Positions 40,801 through 53,988 of a DNA stretch of 64,000 nucleotides are shown piece by piece (positions within the stretch are counted from its first letter, which is position 1; the number at the start of each line of letters is the position of its first letter). The notes under the pieces are model-generated. The model ran no database searches. It saw only the letters and a list, made by a program, of their open reading frames with translations, and had not been told where the DNA came from. The translations under genes and the position numbers were made by a program. The stretch is from Vicugna vicugna (Eukaryota), in NCBI GenBank assembly GCA_013265495.1, contig MU057378.1:62001-126000 (forward strand). Direction: 5' to 3'.

Positions 40801-42034
40801 AGAATTTCTGCTAACTTCAAAGCTTAATCAGCCTTAGGAGAAAGCAGCAGGTTAGTTCAAGATAATTTTGGAGGTGCTGGAAAGGCTCCCCACCTCCCAC
40901 GATCTCCCCCATTGCCTTTAATCCCTCCTAAAGGCTCATCCCTTTGAGTTCTAAAGCCTTTGGGGTCTTTAGAAGACTCCTATTAAGACACGTCTGCCTC
41001 TGGGAACTCTGCGGGCGGACGTGTGGAGACAATGCCTACCAGCGGGCGTTTCTGCTGTGACAGTCAGCAAAAACTAACCCTTTCCAGGAACAAGCGCAAG
41101 ACTTGTGCCCCGGAGTGACCGGGGAGCCTGGCGCTGAGCGGTGTGCAGAGAGAGCAACAGAGACCAACCTCGCCGATTTCACGGTATTGCCCGAGGCCAG
41201 CCCTGCTAAGGTGCTATCATAAAGACATCTCGCTGACAACGTCAGAGCCCACGGCAGGCTGCTGTGCGCTTGGCACCGCTGTCGGGCGGCTAGTCAGTTA
41301 CCGCTTCAGCGCAGGGAATGGTGCCCCGTAGAGGGAAGGAGAGATGGCAATTCCCTCTGCTGACTGTGTGAGGAGCACAGCTCACGCCAAAGGAACTGTC
41401 TTACACCCTCGTGGAGTCTGCCTCTGTAATGTCTGCCTTTTACTGGTGCACTGGAAGCTAAATCTTAAATCACGGTATTTCTCCTATGGGGCCCCCAAAA
41501 GACACAGGTTCTAACATTTTTATAACAACTGTCAATTTCCTATTCTAACCAGGCATTTTACCCAAATGTTTCCAAATTCTAACAAAAACTTGCAAGCTAA
41601 GTATTATTATACCTAGTTTACAGTTGACATTGAGGGAAGAAATATACACTTCCAGATCACAAAATTCCTAAGGAATAGAGCTTGAATTTGATGACAGGTC
41701 CAGGCACATCCCAACACATTCCCTCTCCCACCGCCAAGGCGGATCCTGCATTCTCATTATTTATCCTGCTGATCGTCTTCGCCATCGTCATAGACCAGAA
41801 CGGAGGGCCTATTGGTCATCAAGAAACCACAGCACAGAGAAGTAGCTCCTCAGAGGAGACACGGACTGGATAGATATCATGAAAAGACGACTCACAGTTC
41901 AAGACCACTCGTGTTATTGCTTAAGGGACAACACCAACAATAATGGCTCCAGAACTTTTAAGTCAATAAGATCTCTGAAGATCAGAATAAAGGCAATAAA
42001 GACTATCTTCTTAGCACCCATTAAAATGTTGTAG

Positions 42035-42255
42035 AAGGTTCTTAACCTAGACACTATTCATGCCTTGGGTTGCGTAATTCTTTGTTGGGGGCTGGGGAGT
42101 GTCTGTCCTGTGTATTGAAAGATGTTTAGTGTGTCCCAAGCCTTGACCCATTCAATGCCAGGAGCAGCCCCCATTCATGACAATCAAAACTGTCCCCAGC
42201 CATTGTCAAATGTCCCCCGGGAGAGCAAAATCACTCTAGTTGAAAACCTGCTGTA
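42035..42255. mobile_element. MER20-like hAT element (second partial copy at 44504-44655)
   Basis: gttcttaacct...attctttgttggggg...gacaatcaaaactgtccccag...aaatgtcccc...gttgaaaacc. Confidence 0.75.
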
Positions 42256-45200
42256 GAAAAATACTTAGAAACATGAAAAGTTTTATAGTATATTATTTTT
42301 AAGGGAAATAGCTACAAAATAAAATGCAATATATAATCTAGCTTCATTTTTTTGAAAAAAATAAATATATACAAAAATATGGAACTTTAAGAGCATCAAA
42401 ATGTTAAAGTGGTCAGCTGGCGGTAGAATAATAGGCAATTTTTGTTTTCTTTTTTGTGTATTTTCTGGATTTTCCACATTCACTACAACGTACAAAAATG
42501 TCTTTTGTAGCAGATTCTGACAGCACAGGAATTGTAGGCATGCATTTATTTTAACTTTGCATTGTAAGACAACAGGGAAACTTGTCTAACTCTGAACTCA
42601 AGACAAAAGAAAAGGGAGAGAAGAGTATCCCCTGATACATTTAAACTCCAGATTTGTAAGTCACATAATTTTGTAATTTTTTTAAATTGAAGTATAGTTA
42701 GTTACAATGTGTCCATTTCTGGGGCACAGCACAGGGTCCCAGTCATGCATATACATACATATGTTTGTCTTCGTATTCTTTTTCATTAAAGGTTATTACT
42801 GGGCATTGGATATGGCTACTTTTGTGGTCTGGGGAACTCTAAACTGAGAAATTCCCACAAAAATCAGTCTCGGATCTGTGCTGCCCCTGGGTCATATAGT
42901 ACACGGAATTGCAGAACTGCCCTGGAGGAATTCTCCTGCACCTTAGGCTGCCACGGGAGATTTCCACCTAAAAAGAAAAGCAACAAACAAATCTCCCCTA
43001 AAGGGAGTCACAATCACTTGGGGACAAACCCACCACGGGAAAGAGTCAGTAGACGCAAACAAGAGGTTCAAGCTGCAAGCCACCGACCTGAAGGACCCTC
43101 TGACAGAGGATGTGAAAACAACGTGTGTAAGACAAGATAAGGCAAAAAATTAACCACCCTGCCTCAGAAGGTAACATTGTGGAAATAAATACGTAATCAG
43201 TAACTGTCCAGGAAAAATCAAAGGGAGCTTCAGGAAATAAAATCTACAGCTGAAAAGGAAATTAGAGAGCTGAAGAGACAGGTCTGAAAAAAGTACTGCA
43301 GCCCAGAGGTGGAGATCATAAAAGACAAGCTGAAAATCATGGAAAACTAACTAAGAAAGTCCAATATTTTTTAAGTAGGAGCTTCCAGAAGAAGAGAATT
43401 GAATGAAAGGGAGAGAGGCAATATTTAAAGAGCTGAGAATTTTCCAGACTTGATTACATCTATGAATTCTCAGGTTCAAGAAGCTCTAAATGAAGAAGGT
43501 AAAAATCCACAGCCATACACATGGCAGTGAATTGATGAAACATGAAAGGTGTAACAGAAACTAGATTGATAGCCAGTTTCACAAAAGCAACCATAGACTT
43601 TGGAAGGCAATGGGGAAATAACTTCAAAACGTTATGAAAAATAACTGTCAGCCAAGTATTTTTTTTNNNNNNNNNNNNNNNNNNNNNNNNNNNNNNNNNN
43701 NNNNNNNNNNNNNNNNNNNNNNNNNNNNNNNNNNNNNNNNNNNNNNNNNNNNNNNNNNNNNNNNNNNNNNNNNNNNNNNNNNNNNNNNNNNNNNNNNNNN
43801 NNNNNNNNNNNNNNNNNNNNNNNNNNNNNNNNNNNNNNNNNNNNNNNNNNNNNNNNNNNNNNNNNNNNNNNNNNNNNNNNNNNNNNNNNNNNNNNNNNNN
43901 NNNNNNNNNNNNNNNNNNNNNNNNNNNNNNNNNNNNNNNNNNNNNNNNNNNNNNNNNNNNNNNNNNNNNNNNNNNNNNNNNNNNNNNNNNNNNNNNNNNN
44001 NNNNNNNNNNNNNNNNNNNNNNNNNNNNNNNNNNNNNNNNNNNNNNNNNNNNNNNNNNNNNNNNNNNNNNNNNNNNNNNNNNNNNNNNNNNNNNNNNNNN
44101 NNNNNNNNNNNNNNNNNNNNNNNNNNNNNNNNNNNNNNNNNNNNNNNNNNNNNNNNNNNNNNNNNNNNNNNNNNNNNNNNNNNNNNNNNNNNNNNNNNNN
44201 NNNNNNNNNNNNNNNNNNNNNNNNNNNNNNNNNNNNNNNNNNNNNNNNNNNNNNNNNNNNNNNNNNNNNNNNNNNNNNNNNNNNNNNNNNNNNNNNNNNN
44301 NNNNNNNNNNNNNNNNNNNNNNNNNNNNNNNNNNNNNNNNNNNNNNNNNNNNNNNNNNNNNNNNNNNNNNNNNNNNNNNNNNNNNNNNNNNNNNNNNNNN
44401 NNNNNNNNNNNNNNNNNNNNNNNNNNNNNNNNNNNNNNNNNNNNNNNNNNNNNNNNNNNNNNNNNNNNNNNNNNNNNNNNNNNNNNNNNNNNNNNNNNNN
44501 NNNTCTGTCCTGTGTATTGAAAGACATTTAGTGTGTCCTGAGCCTTAACCCATTCAACGCCAGGAGCAGCCACCATTCGTGACAATCAAAACTGTCCCCA
44601 GCCATTGTCAAATGTCCCCCGGGAGAGCAAAATCACTCTAGTTGAAAACCTGCTGTAGAAAAATACTTAGAAACATGAAAAGTTTTATAGTATATTATTT
44701 TTAAGGGAAATAGCTACAAAATAAAATGCAATATATAATCTAGCTTCATTTTTTTGAAAAAAATAAATATATACAAAAATATGGAACTTTAAGAGCATCA
44801 AAATGTTAAAGTGGTCAGCTGGCGGTAGAATAATAGGCAATTTTTGTTTTCTTTTTTGTGTATTTTCTGGATTTTCCACATTCACTACAACGTACAAAAA
44901 TGTCTTTTGTAGCAGATTCTGACAGCACAGGAATTGTAGGCATGCCTTTATTTTAACTTTGCATTGTAAGACAACAGGAAAACTTGTCTAACTCTGAACT
45001 CAAGACAAAAGAAAAGGGAGAGAAGAGTATCCCCTGATACATTTAAACTCCAGATTTGTAAGTCACATAATTTTGTAATTTTTTTAAATTGAAGTATAGT
45101 TAGTTACAATGTGTCCATTTCTGGGGCACAGCACAGGGTCCCAGTCATGCATATACATACATATGTTTGTCTTCGTATTCTTTTTCATTAAAGGTTATTA

Positions 45201-46068
45201 CTGGGCATTGGATATGGCTACTTTTGTGGTCTGGGGAACTCTAAACTGAGAAATTCCCACAAAAATCAGTCTCGGATCTGTGCTGCCCCTGGGTCATATA
45301 GTACACGGAATTGCAGAACTGCCCTGGAGGAATTCTCCTGCACCTTAGGCTGCCACGGGAGATTTCCACCTAAAAAGAAAAGCAACAAACAAATCTCCCC
45401 TAAAGGGAGTCACAATCACTTGGGGACAAACCCACCACGGGAAAGAGTCAGTAGACGCAAACAAGAGGTTCAAGCTGCAAGACCACGAAGTCCCTGAAGG
45501 ACCCTCTGACAGAGGATGTGAAAACAACGTGTGTAAGACAAGATAAGGCAAAAAATTAACCACCCTGCCTCAGAAGGTAACATTGTGGAAATAAATACGT
45601 AATCAGTAACTGTCCAGGAAAAATCAAAGGGAGCTTCAGGAAATAAAATCTACAGCTGAAAAGGAAATTAGAGAGCTGAAGAGACAGGTCTGAAAAAAGT
45701 ACTGCAGCCCAGAGGTGGAGATCATAAAAGACAAGCTGAAAATCATGGAAAACTAACTAAGAAAGTCCAATATTTTTTAAGTAGGAGCTTCCAGAAGAAG
45801 AGAATTGAATGAAAGGGAGAGAGGCAATATTTAAAGAGCTGAGAATTTTCCAGACTTGATTACATCTATGAATTCTCAGGTTCAAGAAGCTCTAAATGAA
45901 GAAGGTAAAAATCCACAGCCATACACACAGCAGTGAATTGATGAAACATGAAAGATGTAACAGAAACGAGATTGATAGCCAGTTTCACAAAAGCAACCGT
46001 AGACTTTGGAAGGCAATGGGGAAATAACTTCAAAACGTCATGAAAAATAACTGTCAGCCAAGTATTTT
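42102..46068. repeat. Direct duplication of at least 1.56 kb (42102-43666 and 44504-46068), offset 2402, separated by a gap
   Basis: Identical ORFs at 42283-42495 and 44685-44897; direct alignment of the two segments. Confidence 0.95.
43667..44503. other. Assembly gap (N run)
   Basis: Run of n. Confidence 1.
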
Positions 46069-46139
46069 ATTTCTGGATAAATATTATTCAACAGGGAACA
46101 CGCACACAAAAAAATTGAGGTGAAGACTTAGAGAATTCA

Positions 46140-46530
46140 TCAAGTCACAACTAGAGAAAGACAAATATCATATTACTTACACATGGAACCTAAAAAAATG
46201 ACATAAACAAACTTATTTACAAAACAGAAGGTGACTCCCATATATAGAAAACAAACTTGTGTTTACCAAAAGGGGAAGAAGAGGAGGGATTAACTAGGAG
46301 TTTGGGATTAGCCAATACACACTACTGTATATAAACTAGATAAACAACAAGGACCTACTGTATAGCACAGGGAACCACATTCAGTATCTTGTAATAATCC
46401 ATAACGGAAAAGAATCTGAAACAGAATTTATATATTTACAACTGAATCACTATTCTGTGCACCAGAAAAGAACACAACATTGTAAATCAACTATACTTCA
46501 ATTTTAAAAATTAAATAAAATAAATTTTTA
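46140..46530 (+). mobile_element. L1 3'UTR (older subfamily)
   Basis: gagaaagacaaatatcat...ggacctactgtatagcacaggg...aaatcaactatacttcaat. Confidence 0.85.
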
Positions 46531-46807
46531 AAAAGTCACAACCATCCACATTTACTGAAAGAACTACTAAAAAAATGTCATTTTAAAAGAAGGGAACTGA
46601 AGCCAAAATAAACAAATGGGATGCAAAGTGCAAGAAGGAGCAATAAAATTGGTGGATGTGTTTTTGTGTAAACAACAATAATCGCTAACAAGGGAATGCA
46701 AGTAAGATGGAACCACAATAGTGCACCATTTCTCTAAAGAGAACATGCACAATTATTGACCCTTAAAATGATACCATGTCTCAGGCTTGCTTCAAAATGT
46801 CCAATGA

Positions 46808-46910
46808 GGAGGGAGGGTATAGCTCAGTGGTAGAGCATGTGCCTAGCATGCATGAAGTCCTGGGTTCAATCCCCAGTACCTCCATCTAAAAAAATATTCA
46901 AATAAAATAA
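46808..46910 (+). mobile_element. tRNA-derived SINE with TSD
   Basis: SINE head, with atgtccaatga on both sides. Confidence 0.88.
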
Positions 46911-48851
46911 GATGTCCAATGACAAGTGGGAGGGATGGGGAGATGAAGAGATACAGATGGAACAGAACGGGAGTAATTCAATAATTATTGAAGCCACATG
47001 AAGTGCACATGGAATTTATTACACATTTCTCTATGCTTTTGCGAATATGTGGAAATTCCATTTTGAAAATAATTAGGAAATTGAAATATGAGGTGAAAAA
47101 GGGAAAACTCCACTCTTTGTCTAATTAGGTAATAAAACAAGAGAGTTTGGATTAGGGAAACACTGACTAGTAGCCCAAATGTGACCACTTGTCACTCTAA
47201 GTGACTTACTCAAAAAAAGTAAATATATAAAGTTCCATCATAGTTTTATACATAACAGAAAAGTCAGCTTAGCAGTTAGCTCAATCAATGGGGGATAAGT
47301 GGGTAAAAAAATGTATACAAAGCTGGCATATTTAACCTAGTTTTCTCATTACATATACTTCAAGAATTTATTTAACTTTTGTTGGCCAAGTTGATTATTT
47401 TAATTGGACAGCTTAGTTTTAAAAGCTGGTCAAATTCTTGGATTAACTTGCTGTTCACATTGAATTTCTTTGGCTTTCTTTTTCTCTCTTGTTTCAAACT
47501 CTAAACACTGAATAAACCAAATTGGCAGCCTTGTAGGTAGACAAAACATTAATCTTTATATGAGATCGACGCAGAATGTATGACTTACATTTGCCGACAT
47601 TCTCTACTGACTTTCTAAATCAGCTCTGCATGTGCATTTTGAGGGAATCTCATATTACAGTCTCTCTTTTTATACCACGTAACTGCCCAAAAGCTTGCAT
47701 GTCCCATCATATAACATCCTTCATAAAAACTCAATTTCATCGAAAAACAATACAAAGCCTTCAGCAACTGTCTCTCTTAGACTTTTGTCAGAATAAGAAC
47801 TTGGCCCCAAAAGCCAGTTGTATGTTTCTGCTGAAACTCGACTAATGTACAAATCATATTTTTCTGTTCTGTAAAAGCAATAATCCAGCTAGAACACTGG
47901 GAAAAAGCAAGAGTTACTACTTTAGCAAGGCCAGCAGCTGCGTTAGAACAAAGCTTGCCAGGTGAAGTGAAATGCTGTTTGTTTGTTGTTGAATATGTGT
48001 GGAAAAAAATTGTCAGGGAATAATCACATTTTCTAATAGTTTTGATTTGCATTTGCATTTATAATTCAATAACAGCTCCTGGATATGTTTCAATATAGTG
48101 CTGGTAAGATTTTTTTTTTAATCCTTTCAAAATTACCAGAGAAATTTGTACTTGGCATTCGAGTCTCATTTCTCCTGTATCATTGAGCAAAAATCAATAG
48201 GCTTTTGCCCAAAGTTTCTCCTTTACCCTTAAATTCTCCAGTGAATACAAACGCTTTTTACTGGATAAAGGAGATGTTAATGAAATTTTTCCAGCTTTGC
48301 AATCTATTGAAATCCCTGCAATTCATTTTATGGTCTAAAACCATACTGCTGTGATTTCTGTAAATGAGAAGTAGAGAACATACTTTTTAACATAATAGCA
48401 CTTTAACCTAGAATGACATATTTAAAGCATGTCCCTTATTTTGGGTATTAAAAGAAAATGGAGAACAGAGGGAAAGGAATCATTTGTAGTTACTTGAATA
48501 CATTTATTTGTAAAGAATAAAATAAGGCATTTAGCTGAGACTCATTTATAGAAGCTTAATACTCTTTCTACTTCTGTTCCTTCATCTCGCTCTTATTTCC
48601 CCTGATTGAGAATTGGGCTAAGTTACAAGGAGATCAGCCAGTATTTGGCCATGAAATTAGGTCCAGAGTGAGGGAAATTTTCTCTGACCTAGAAAAGATT
48701 CTCTACAAGTTGTTGGAAAGACACACACAATGGAACAGCTAGAAAAAGTATGTTGTTTATGACGGGAATTGAATGAGGAGGCGTGTATTGTATAAACTAG
48801 GGTTAAGCAAAATTTTGCACATAAAAACACAGTTGGAAGAACTTACTGAAT

Positions 48852-49485
48852 CATAGCAATCCCACTTCTGGGTATATATCTGGGAACTCTAATTTGAAAA
48901 GATACATGCACCCCAATGTTCATAGCAGCACTATATACAATAGCCAAGAAATGGAAGCAACCAAAATGTCCATCGACAGATGACTGGATAAAGAAGCTGT
49001 GGTATATTTACACAATGGAATACTATACGGCCATAAAAAATAAAATAATGCCATTTGCAGCAACATGGATGGACCTAGAGATTGTCATTCTAAATGAGTT
49101 AAGCCAGAAAGAGAAAGAAAAACACCGTATGACATCACTCATATGTGGAATCTAAAAAGAAGAAAAAAAGGACGCTATGAACTTATCTACAAAACAGAAA
49201 CAGACTCACAGACATAGTAAACAATCTTATGGTTACCGGGGAAAGTGGGTGCTAAGGAATAAATTGGGAGTTTGAAATTTGAAAATGTTGGTCACTATAT
49301 ATAAAAATAGATTTTTATAAAAAGCTTTTTCTGTATAGTACAGGGAAATATGTTCAATATCTTATAATAAACTTTAATGAAAAAATATGAAAACAAATAT
49401 ATGTATGTATATGCATGACTGGGACATGATGCTGTACACCAGAAATTGACACATTGTAACTGACTATACTTCAATTAAAAAGAAG
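48852..49485 (+). mobile_element. 5'-truncated L1 with TSD
   Basis: ORF MFIAALYTIAKKWKQPKCPSTDDWIKKLWYIYTMEYY...ICGI is the L1 ORF2 C-terminus; ttactgaatc on both sides. Confidence 0.93.
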
Positions 49486-49934
49486 AATTTACTGAATCCA
49501 CAGTTTACAGTCTGGTGGCATCAGGCTGTCACCTGCAGGGATAACCAAGACCGCAGGCTGGTGACGCACAAGAGGGCTGGGATTTTGTATTTCTCACCAA
49601 GCACCCCAGGGAATGATGGTACTGACCAACATCAGAGGGCTGCTGTGCTGTGATATCTCAAACTGGTCACTAATGTCCCATAAAGTGAGTGTTCTTTCCA
49701 ACATGATTTGAAACACTTAAAGGAGAAAAGAACCTCATACTCTTCTTCCCCCATACCCTTCCACCCCATTAATTATGAATACTGGAATCCTCTTGTATCG
49801 GTTCTTTGCAATTCCATGATTCTTGATAAATTAAGTTAGGGGGTCTGTTTCTGTTTTGTAGATAAGTTCATTTGTGTCCTTCAGGGGTTAAAGGAGGTGG
49901 GAAGTGATAAATTAGGAATTTGAAAATTGCACCT

Positions 49935-51840
49935 CTTGGATTTCCAGTCAAGATGGCGGAGTGGTAGGACCACGAGCTCACCTCTCCTTGCAACTACAGC
50001 AAAACCACAACTGAATGCTAAACAATCATCGAAAAAAGACTGGAAGCCAGCAAAAAAGATCTTCTGCAACTGGAAACATAAAGAGAGAACCACAGCAGGA
50101 TGGTAGGAGGGGCGTGCTTGTGATATAATTGGGCCCCATGCCCCCCGGTGGGCAACCCACAAGCTGAAGATTTGTTAAGCCTCAGAGGCCCTCCCACAGG
50201 GGTGAGAGCTCTAAGCCCCACATCAGGCTCCCCAGCTTGGGTCCCGGCATTGATAAGAGAAGGAGACCCCAGGACGTCTGTTTCTGTAGCCCAGGGGAGC
50301 TTGGTTCTGGAAGCCTCACAGGACTGAGGGAAATGGAGACTCCATTCACTCAGGAAGCATACATGGAAATTCACATGCACCAGGTCCAAGGGCAGAGGCA
50401 GTGATCTCATAAGAACCTGAGCCAGACCTGCCTGCTGGATTCGGAAGGTCTTCTGGGCACATGGGGGATGGATGAGGCTCACTCAGGGGACATAAAAGCT
50501 AGTGGCAGACATTCCAGGTGTGTTCATCTACATGAGATTTCCTGCAGGCTGACATCTTGATTGGATCATTAGCACCAAGACCCAGCCCTACCCAATAGCC
50601 TGTAGAGAAGCCTCAGGCCAAACAAATAGAGGGTGGGAACACAGCCCCACCCATCAGCAGACTTCCTGAGCCACAGAGGCCTCTAGACACAGCCCTACCC
50701 ACCAGAAGTCCAGGACCAAGATTCACCCAGCAGTGGGCAGGCACCGGCTCCTCCTGCCAGGAAACCTGCATAAGCCTCTAATACAGCCCCATCCACCAGG
50801 GCAGATACTAGAAATAAGAAAACAACAATCCCAAAGCCTGTGGAAGGAGTCCGCAAACACATAGAAAGACAGACGATACGAGGTGGCAGAGGAGTATCTC
50901 CCAGGCCAAGGCACAAGGTAAAATCCCAGAAGAAGAAATAAGTGATGAGGAGATAGGCAATTTATCTGAGAAAGAGTTTAAAGTAATGATGGCCAAGACG
51001 TTCAGAGAACTGAAGAGGAGTATAGATGCACAGAGCGAAGTTTTTAGCAAAGAGGTGGAAAAGATAAAGAATATCCAAACTGAGTTGAAGAATAAAATCA
51101 CTGAAATGAATAACACACTAGAAGGAACCAAGAACAGACTAAATGAGGCAGAAGAATAGACCAGTGAGCTGGAAGACAGATGAGTGGAAATCACTACTTC
51201 AGAACAGAAAAAAAGGAAAAAGAATGAGAAGGAATGAGGATAGTCTAAGAGAACTCTGGGACAACATGAAGGGCTCTAATATTCACATTATAGGGGCCCC
51301 AGAAAGAGAAGAGAGAGAGAGAGGACTTGAGAAATTTTTGGAGAGATAATAACCAAAAACATCCCCAACCTGGGAAAGGAAACAGTCACCCACGTCCTGG
51401 AAGCGCAGAAAGTCCCACACAGAATCAGCCCAAAGAACACACCAAGGCACATAGTCATCAAACTGACAATTAAGGATAAGGAGAAAATAATAAAATTAGC
51501 AAGAGAAAAGCAATGAATAGCATACAAGGGAGCTCCAATAAGGTTTATCAGCTGATTTTTCAGCAGAAACTCTGCAGGACAGAAGGGAGGGACATGATAT
51601 ATTTAAAGTGATGAAAGGGGGAAACTTACAACCAAGAACATTCTATCCACCAAGGCTCTCGTTCAGACTTGATGGAGAAATCAAAAGCTTCACTGATAAA
51701 CAAGAGCTAAAAGATTCCAGCACCACCAAACCAGCTTTACAACATGTATTAAAGGAACTTCTCTAGTCATCAAACCATAAGAAAAGGGAACAAAAAGAAG
51801 AAAGAGGGAAAAAAAAAGAGAGAGAGAGAGACCTACAAAA
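49935..51840 (+). mobile_element. L1 5'UTR and degenerate ORF1 (ORF2 absent)
   Basis: caagatggcgg YY1-type start. ORF1 from ~50878 (...EEIGNLSEKEFKVMMAK...ELKNKITEMNNTLEG...) has stops and frameshifts and ends ~51766, followed by an A-rich inter-ORF spacer. Confidence 0.9.
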
Positions 51841-52390
51841 GATTGCTGTGGCTGTTCAGGGTCTTTTGTGGTTCCTTATAAATTGTGGAATTGTTTGTTC
51901 TAGCTCTGTGAGGAATGTCGCAAGTGTTTTGATGGGGGTTGCATTGGATCTGTCAGTTGCTCTGGGCAGTGTGGCCATTTCGATAGTGTGGATTCCTCCA
52001 ATCCAGGAGCACAAGAAATCTTTCCATTTCTTTGTGTCATTTCAGTTTTCAGAGTGTAGGTAACCTCTTTGGTTAAGTTTATTTCTGGGTGTTTTGCTGT
52101 TTTTGATGTAATGGAAATGTCTCTGTCAGTTACAAAATTCTGCTTTTTGAGGTGAAAAAAATAAATGAAAGGCCACAAATGGCAAAATATCCTTCTTTTT
52201 TATGGGTGAGTTGCATTCCATTTCATATATATATGTGTGTGTGTATATATATATATACTGCATTTCCATTATCTATTCAACTATTGATGTGCACTTTGGG
52301 TGCTTCCATATCTTGGCAATTATAAATAATATTGTTGTTAATAGCAGGGTGTATGTATCTTTTAGAGTCAATTACTTTGTGGTTGACTAT
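51841..52390 (-). mobile_element. L1 ORF2 fragments in opposite orientation
   Basis: ggtcttttgtggttcc...ggggttgcattggatctg...tcctccaatccaggagcac is the reverse complement of L1 ORF2. Confidence 0.8.
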
Positions 52391-52499
52391 TCCTTTGAAA
52401 ACATGTAAGTTTAAAAAGCTAAATCTCTAAACATTCTTAGAAACAATGAACAGTACATATATATAAATTAAAAAATATATGTGCAGTTAAAAAAAAAAG

Positions 52500-52805
52500 G
52501 TCTATCAAGCCATGAAAGACATAGAAGAAACTTAAAAGACATATAACTAAATGAAAGAAGCCAGTCTGAAAAGGCTACAAAACTGTACGATTCCAATGAA
52601 ATGACATTCTGGAAAAGGCACAGCTACAGAAACAATAAAAAGATCTTGGTTCCCAGGGGTTTGGGGAGAGGGAGGGAGGGAGGGAGGAATATATGGAGCA
52701 CAAGGGACTTTTAGGGCTTTTTTGGTGGCTGCATGTCATCATGCATATGTCAAAACCCATAGAATGTATAACATCAACTGTGAACGCTAATGTAAACTAT
52801 GGGGA
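52500..52805 (+). mobile_element. L1MC-type 3' end
   Basis: ctatcaagccatgaaagac...gaaagaagccagtctgaaaaggctac...gacattctggaaaaggca. Confidence 0.75.
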
Positions 52806-53988
52806 AAAAAACAACTAATTTCTGAGTCAAAGTAATGCTAAAGGGTTTGGAAGAAAGGTAGAAACCATCAGGGGAGGCACAGAAGGAAAGGGAAGTCAGT
52901 TCATAAAAAAATAAAGCCAACAACAAAACAATTATAAAAATGGAAGACTGTATTGAACTGGTATCTATATCATGGAAGCATTTCAAAGAGAAAGAGAGAC
53001 TGACTGTGTCAAATGAAGCCAATAAAGCAAAGTGTGGGTTGAGAAATCTTTTTTTGCTGTGATAGAATTGTTCTAAAATGGGGTTGTGAGGGAGACACAA
53101 CTCTGCACATCACATACACAAAACCCAAACAATTTTGTATTTAAATGAGTGAATTTATGGCACACAAATTATACCTCAAGAAATCTCTTTCAAAACGAAG
53201 GAGTATTTAGCACATATCTACCCAACAGAGCTGCTCACAGGTAATCATCTCACAGGGTAAATGGAAAATACTTAGAAAAAAGATGCATGCATATATACAC
53301 AAAAATATGTATTAATAATAACCCACACTTGAACTAACCCAAAATGTCCATTATTAAGAAAATGGATTAATATTTTGTGCTATAATCTTACAAGGTCAAA
53401 TTATTCAGCCCTACAAACAGAACGAATGGCATATTCAAATGAAAACATGTAGCTCTAAAAACATTACTTAAAGCAAAAGAGACAGACGTCGAAGTATACA
53501 TTGTGATTTTTTTCATTTTTATCAAGTTCAGCCACCATCAAACTGATGGGTACATGTCGTGAGAGTGTGTGCATTTCAATTGAAATGTGACAAAAGGTAT
53601 ATATTCTGTGTTAACGGATGTGGTTCACACATACGGTTCATACATTGACTTTTCCGATACAGTTGAGGGTTAGGAATTTGAAAGATTCGTGAAATCATAA
53701 ACTTTACATTGACACATTTCACTATTTTTTTATTGTATACAGATATAAACACAAGAAGAAAGAGGTGAGAAAAAATTACCGTGAGACAATAATGGAGAAA
53801 ATGACATTTTAGTCACAACCCTCTCCTCTGACAACCCCCCTCCCCCCACCGACACTGACCTGGTAACTGACCAATCCGGGATGTCAGTTGCTGGCTGGGT
53901 TCCAGGTGGAATGTTGGGGTGTCCCCTGGGGCTTGTTGTGGCTGGTGGCTCCACGGCAACTGGGCAGAGCCCTGGGTGGGCCAGTGCC

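Noticed and set aside
48045..48058. Overlapping octamer motifs ATTTGCAT
   Set aside because: The context tagttttgatttgcattt is also a common L1 string; no other support.
48916..49155. ORFs such as MFIAALYTIAKKWKQPKCP (also 19996-20304 and 60278-60679) as host genes
   Set aside because: L1 ORF2 C-terminal fragments.
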